Positions 1 to 64,000 of a stretch of DNA of 64,000 nucleotides are shown in pieces. The translations under genes and the position numbers were made by a program. The stretch lies in assembly GCF_009914755.1 (NCBI RefSeq), contig NC_060941.1. One strand, 5' to 3'. The notes under the pieces were generated by a model, which saw only the letters and a program-made list of their open reading frames with translations, did not search any database and had not been told where the DNA came from. The first letter of the stretch is position 1; every line of letters starts with the position of its first letter. The DNA comes from the human T2T-CHM13v2.0 reference genome, Homo sapiens.

Positions 1-195
1 TGGGGCTACAGGGTTGGCGAATGAAGCTGGAGGTGTTGTGGGGCTTGGAGGAGGGGTTCATGTCACTGCCTTTGGCCTCAAGTACCAGTGGGTACCAGGC
101 CCCACTCCTGGGAGCAGCGCAGAGGGGACACCGCCACCGGCCCCCTCCCTCCCCTGCGGTCCCAGGGGAGCGCACGACCCTCCCTCTGCCTTCAG

Positions 196-63039
<62,844 letters not shown>

Positions 63040-63725
63040 GTCAGTGGCATCTGGTGGTGTGTGTGACGTCACCAGGAGGGCAGGCTGTGCCCTGTCCACT
63101 GTTAGCAGGGCCCCAGCCACGCTGAACTGGCCAGTTTTCACCCCTCCTCCCAGCTGTGAGGCCCTCCGCTCTGTGCGCCCGCCTCTTCTGTTCATCAGCC
63201 TTAAGATGCCCAAGTTCCTAAGCTCTTCTTACACTGAGAGTTGTGAAGCTGAGGCAGAGAGTTGAAGGCCTTGTGGGAGATCCCACAGCGGAGGAGTCGG
63301 GATTGGCAGTGGGAAAGCTGAGCACTTTCCATTAGCCCTTCTCCCCACCTGCCAGTGCTCCAACCCTTCTCCCCACCTGCCAGCGCTCCAGGGCTGCCAG
63401 GGCCCGTCTGTCATGTCGGGGGTCTTGATAATACAAGACGGGGGAAGGGCTGCAGGGGGAGGGAACAGCATGTGGAAAGGCCCAGAGGAGAGGAGAGAGC
63501 GGGTATTCCGGAACTGCACGTGTTCATGGCAGCTGGGTTCACAGAGCCAGGCGTCAGAGAGGCCGGAGCGTTGACAGGCTGGGTCAGCCCCGGGCCCCGG
63601 GTGAGGATTTTGTTCTGCTAGCGGCCACTGTTGGAGTGTTTGAAGGTTCTTAAGTAGGGAAGCACCATCTGGAGTTGAGAAAGTCCATTTTGGCTGCTGC
63701 AGCTGCTGAGTGTAAAATGGATTAG

Positions 63726-63781
63726 TAGGGAGCAGGAGCAGAGGGGAGGGAGGGAGGGGAGGGGAGAGGAGGGGAGGGGAG
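63726..63781. repeat. Purine-rich (GGGGA/GGA)n low-complexity tract
   Basis: gaggggagggagggaggggaggggagaggaggggagggga. Confidence 0.8.
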
Positions 63782-64000
63782 CTGCGGCAGAAGCACCTCG
63801 GTTCAGGAGAGATCAAGGAGGTAAAATGTACGGGCTCAGTAGCAGGGGTTCAGAGAGAGCAGGAGTCTGGGCGTTTTGGGGTTCTGTGATCCCTGCAGTT
63901 GGTCAGAATAGGGGGGCCAGCACCTGAGGGCCGTTCAGGTAGACCTGTGCGGTGGGCACTGCTGGGCGGGTGCTCCGGGTCTCTGCCCTCGTGAGGGCAG

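Overview
Human (primate) genomic DNA lying entirely inside one + strand gene, RAP1GAP2 (Rap1 GTPase-activating protein 2, GARNL4). I traced 16 consecutive GT-AG coding exons between 196 and 63039. They total 1828 nt, stay in phase without stops and cover about residues 94-703 of the 730-aa protein as I recall it, including the RapGAP domain with the KRHIGND Asn-thumb motif and the TKTT motif. The first and last exons lie outside the window. The introns hold about 45 Alus, old L1s in both orientations, L2/MIR and DNA-transposon remnants, and several minisatellites (45-, 57-, 42-, 99- and 59-bp units). Almost all non-exonic ORFs in the track are repeat artefacts. I see no new protein-coding system. 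The most unusual items are: a two-template, locally copied insertion inside an L1 (58183-58424); a TSD-flanked antisense retrocopy of an mRNA 3' end (19560-20136); three intronic minisatellites whose units each carry a donor-like GT motif; a roughly 220-bp palindrome (2961-3181); and a GC-richer LTR-sized insert inside an L1 (11843-12304). Repeat family names and boundaries are by eye and approximate.
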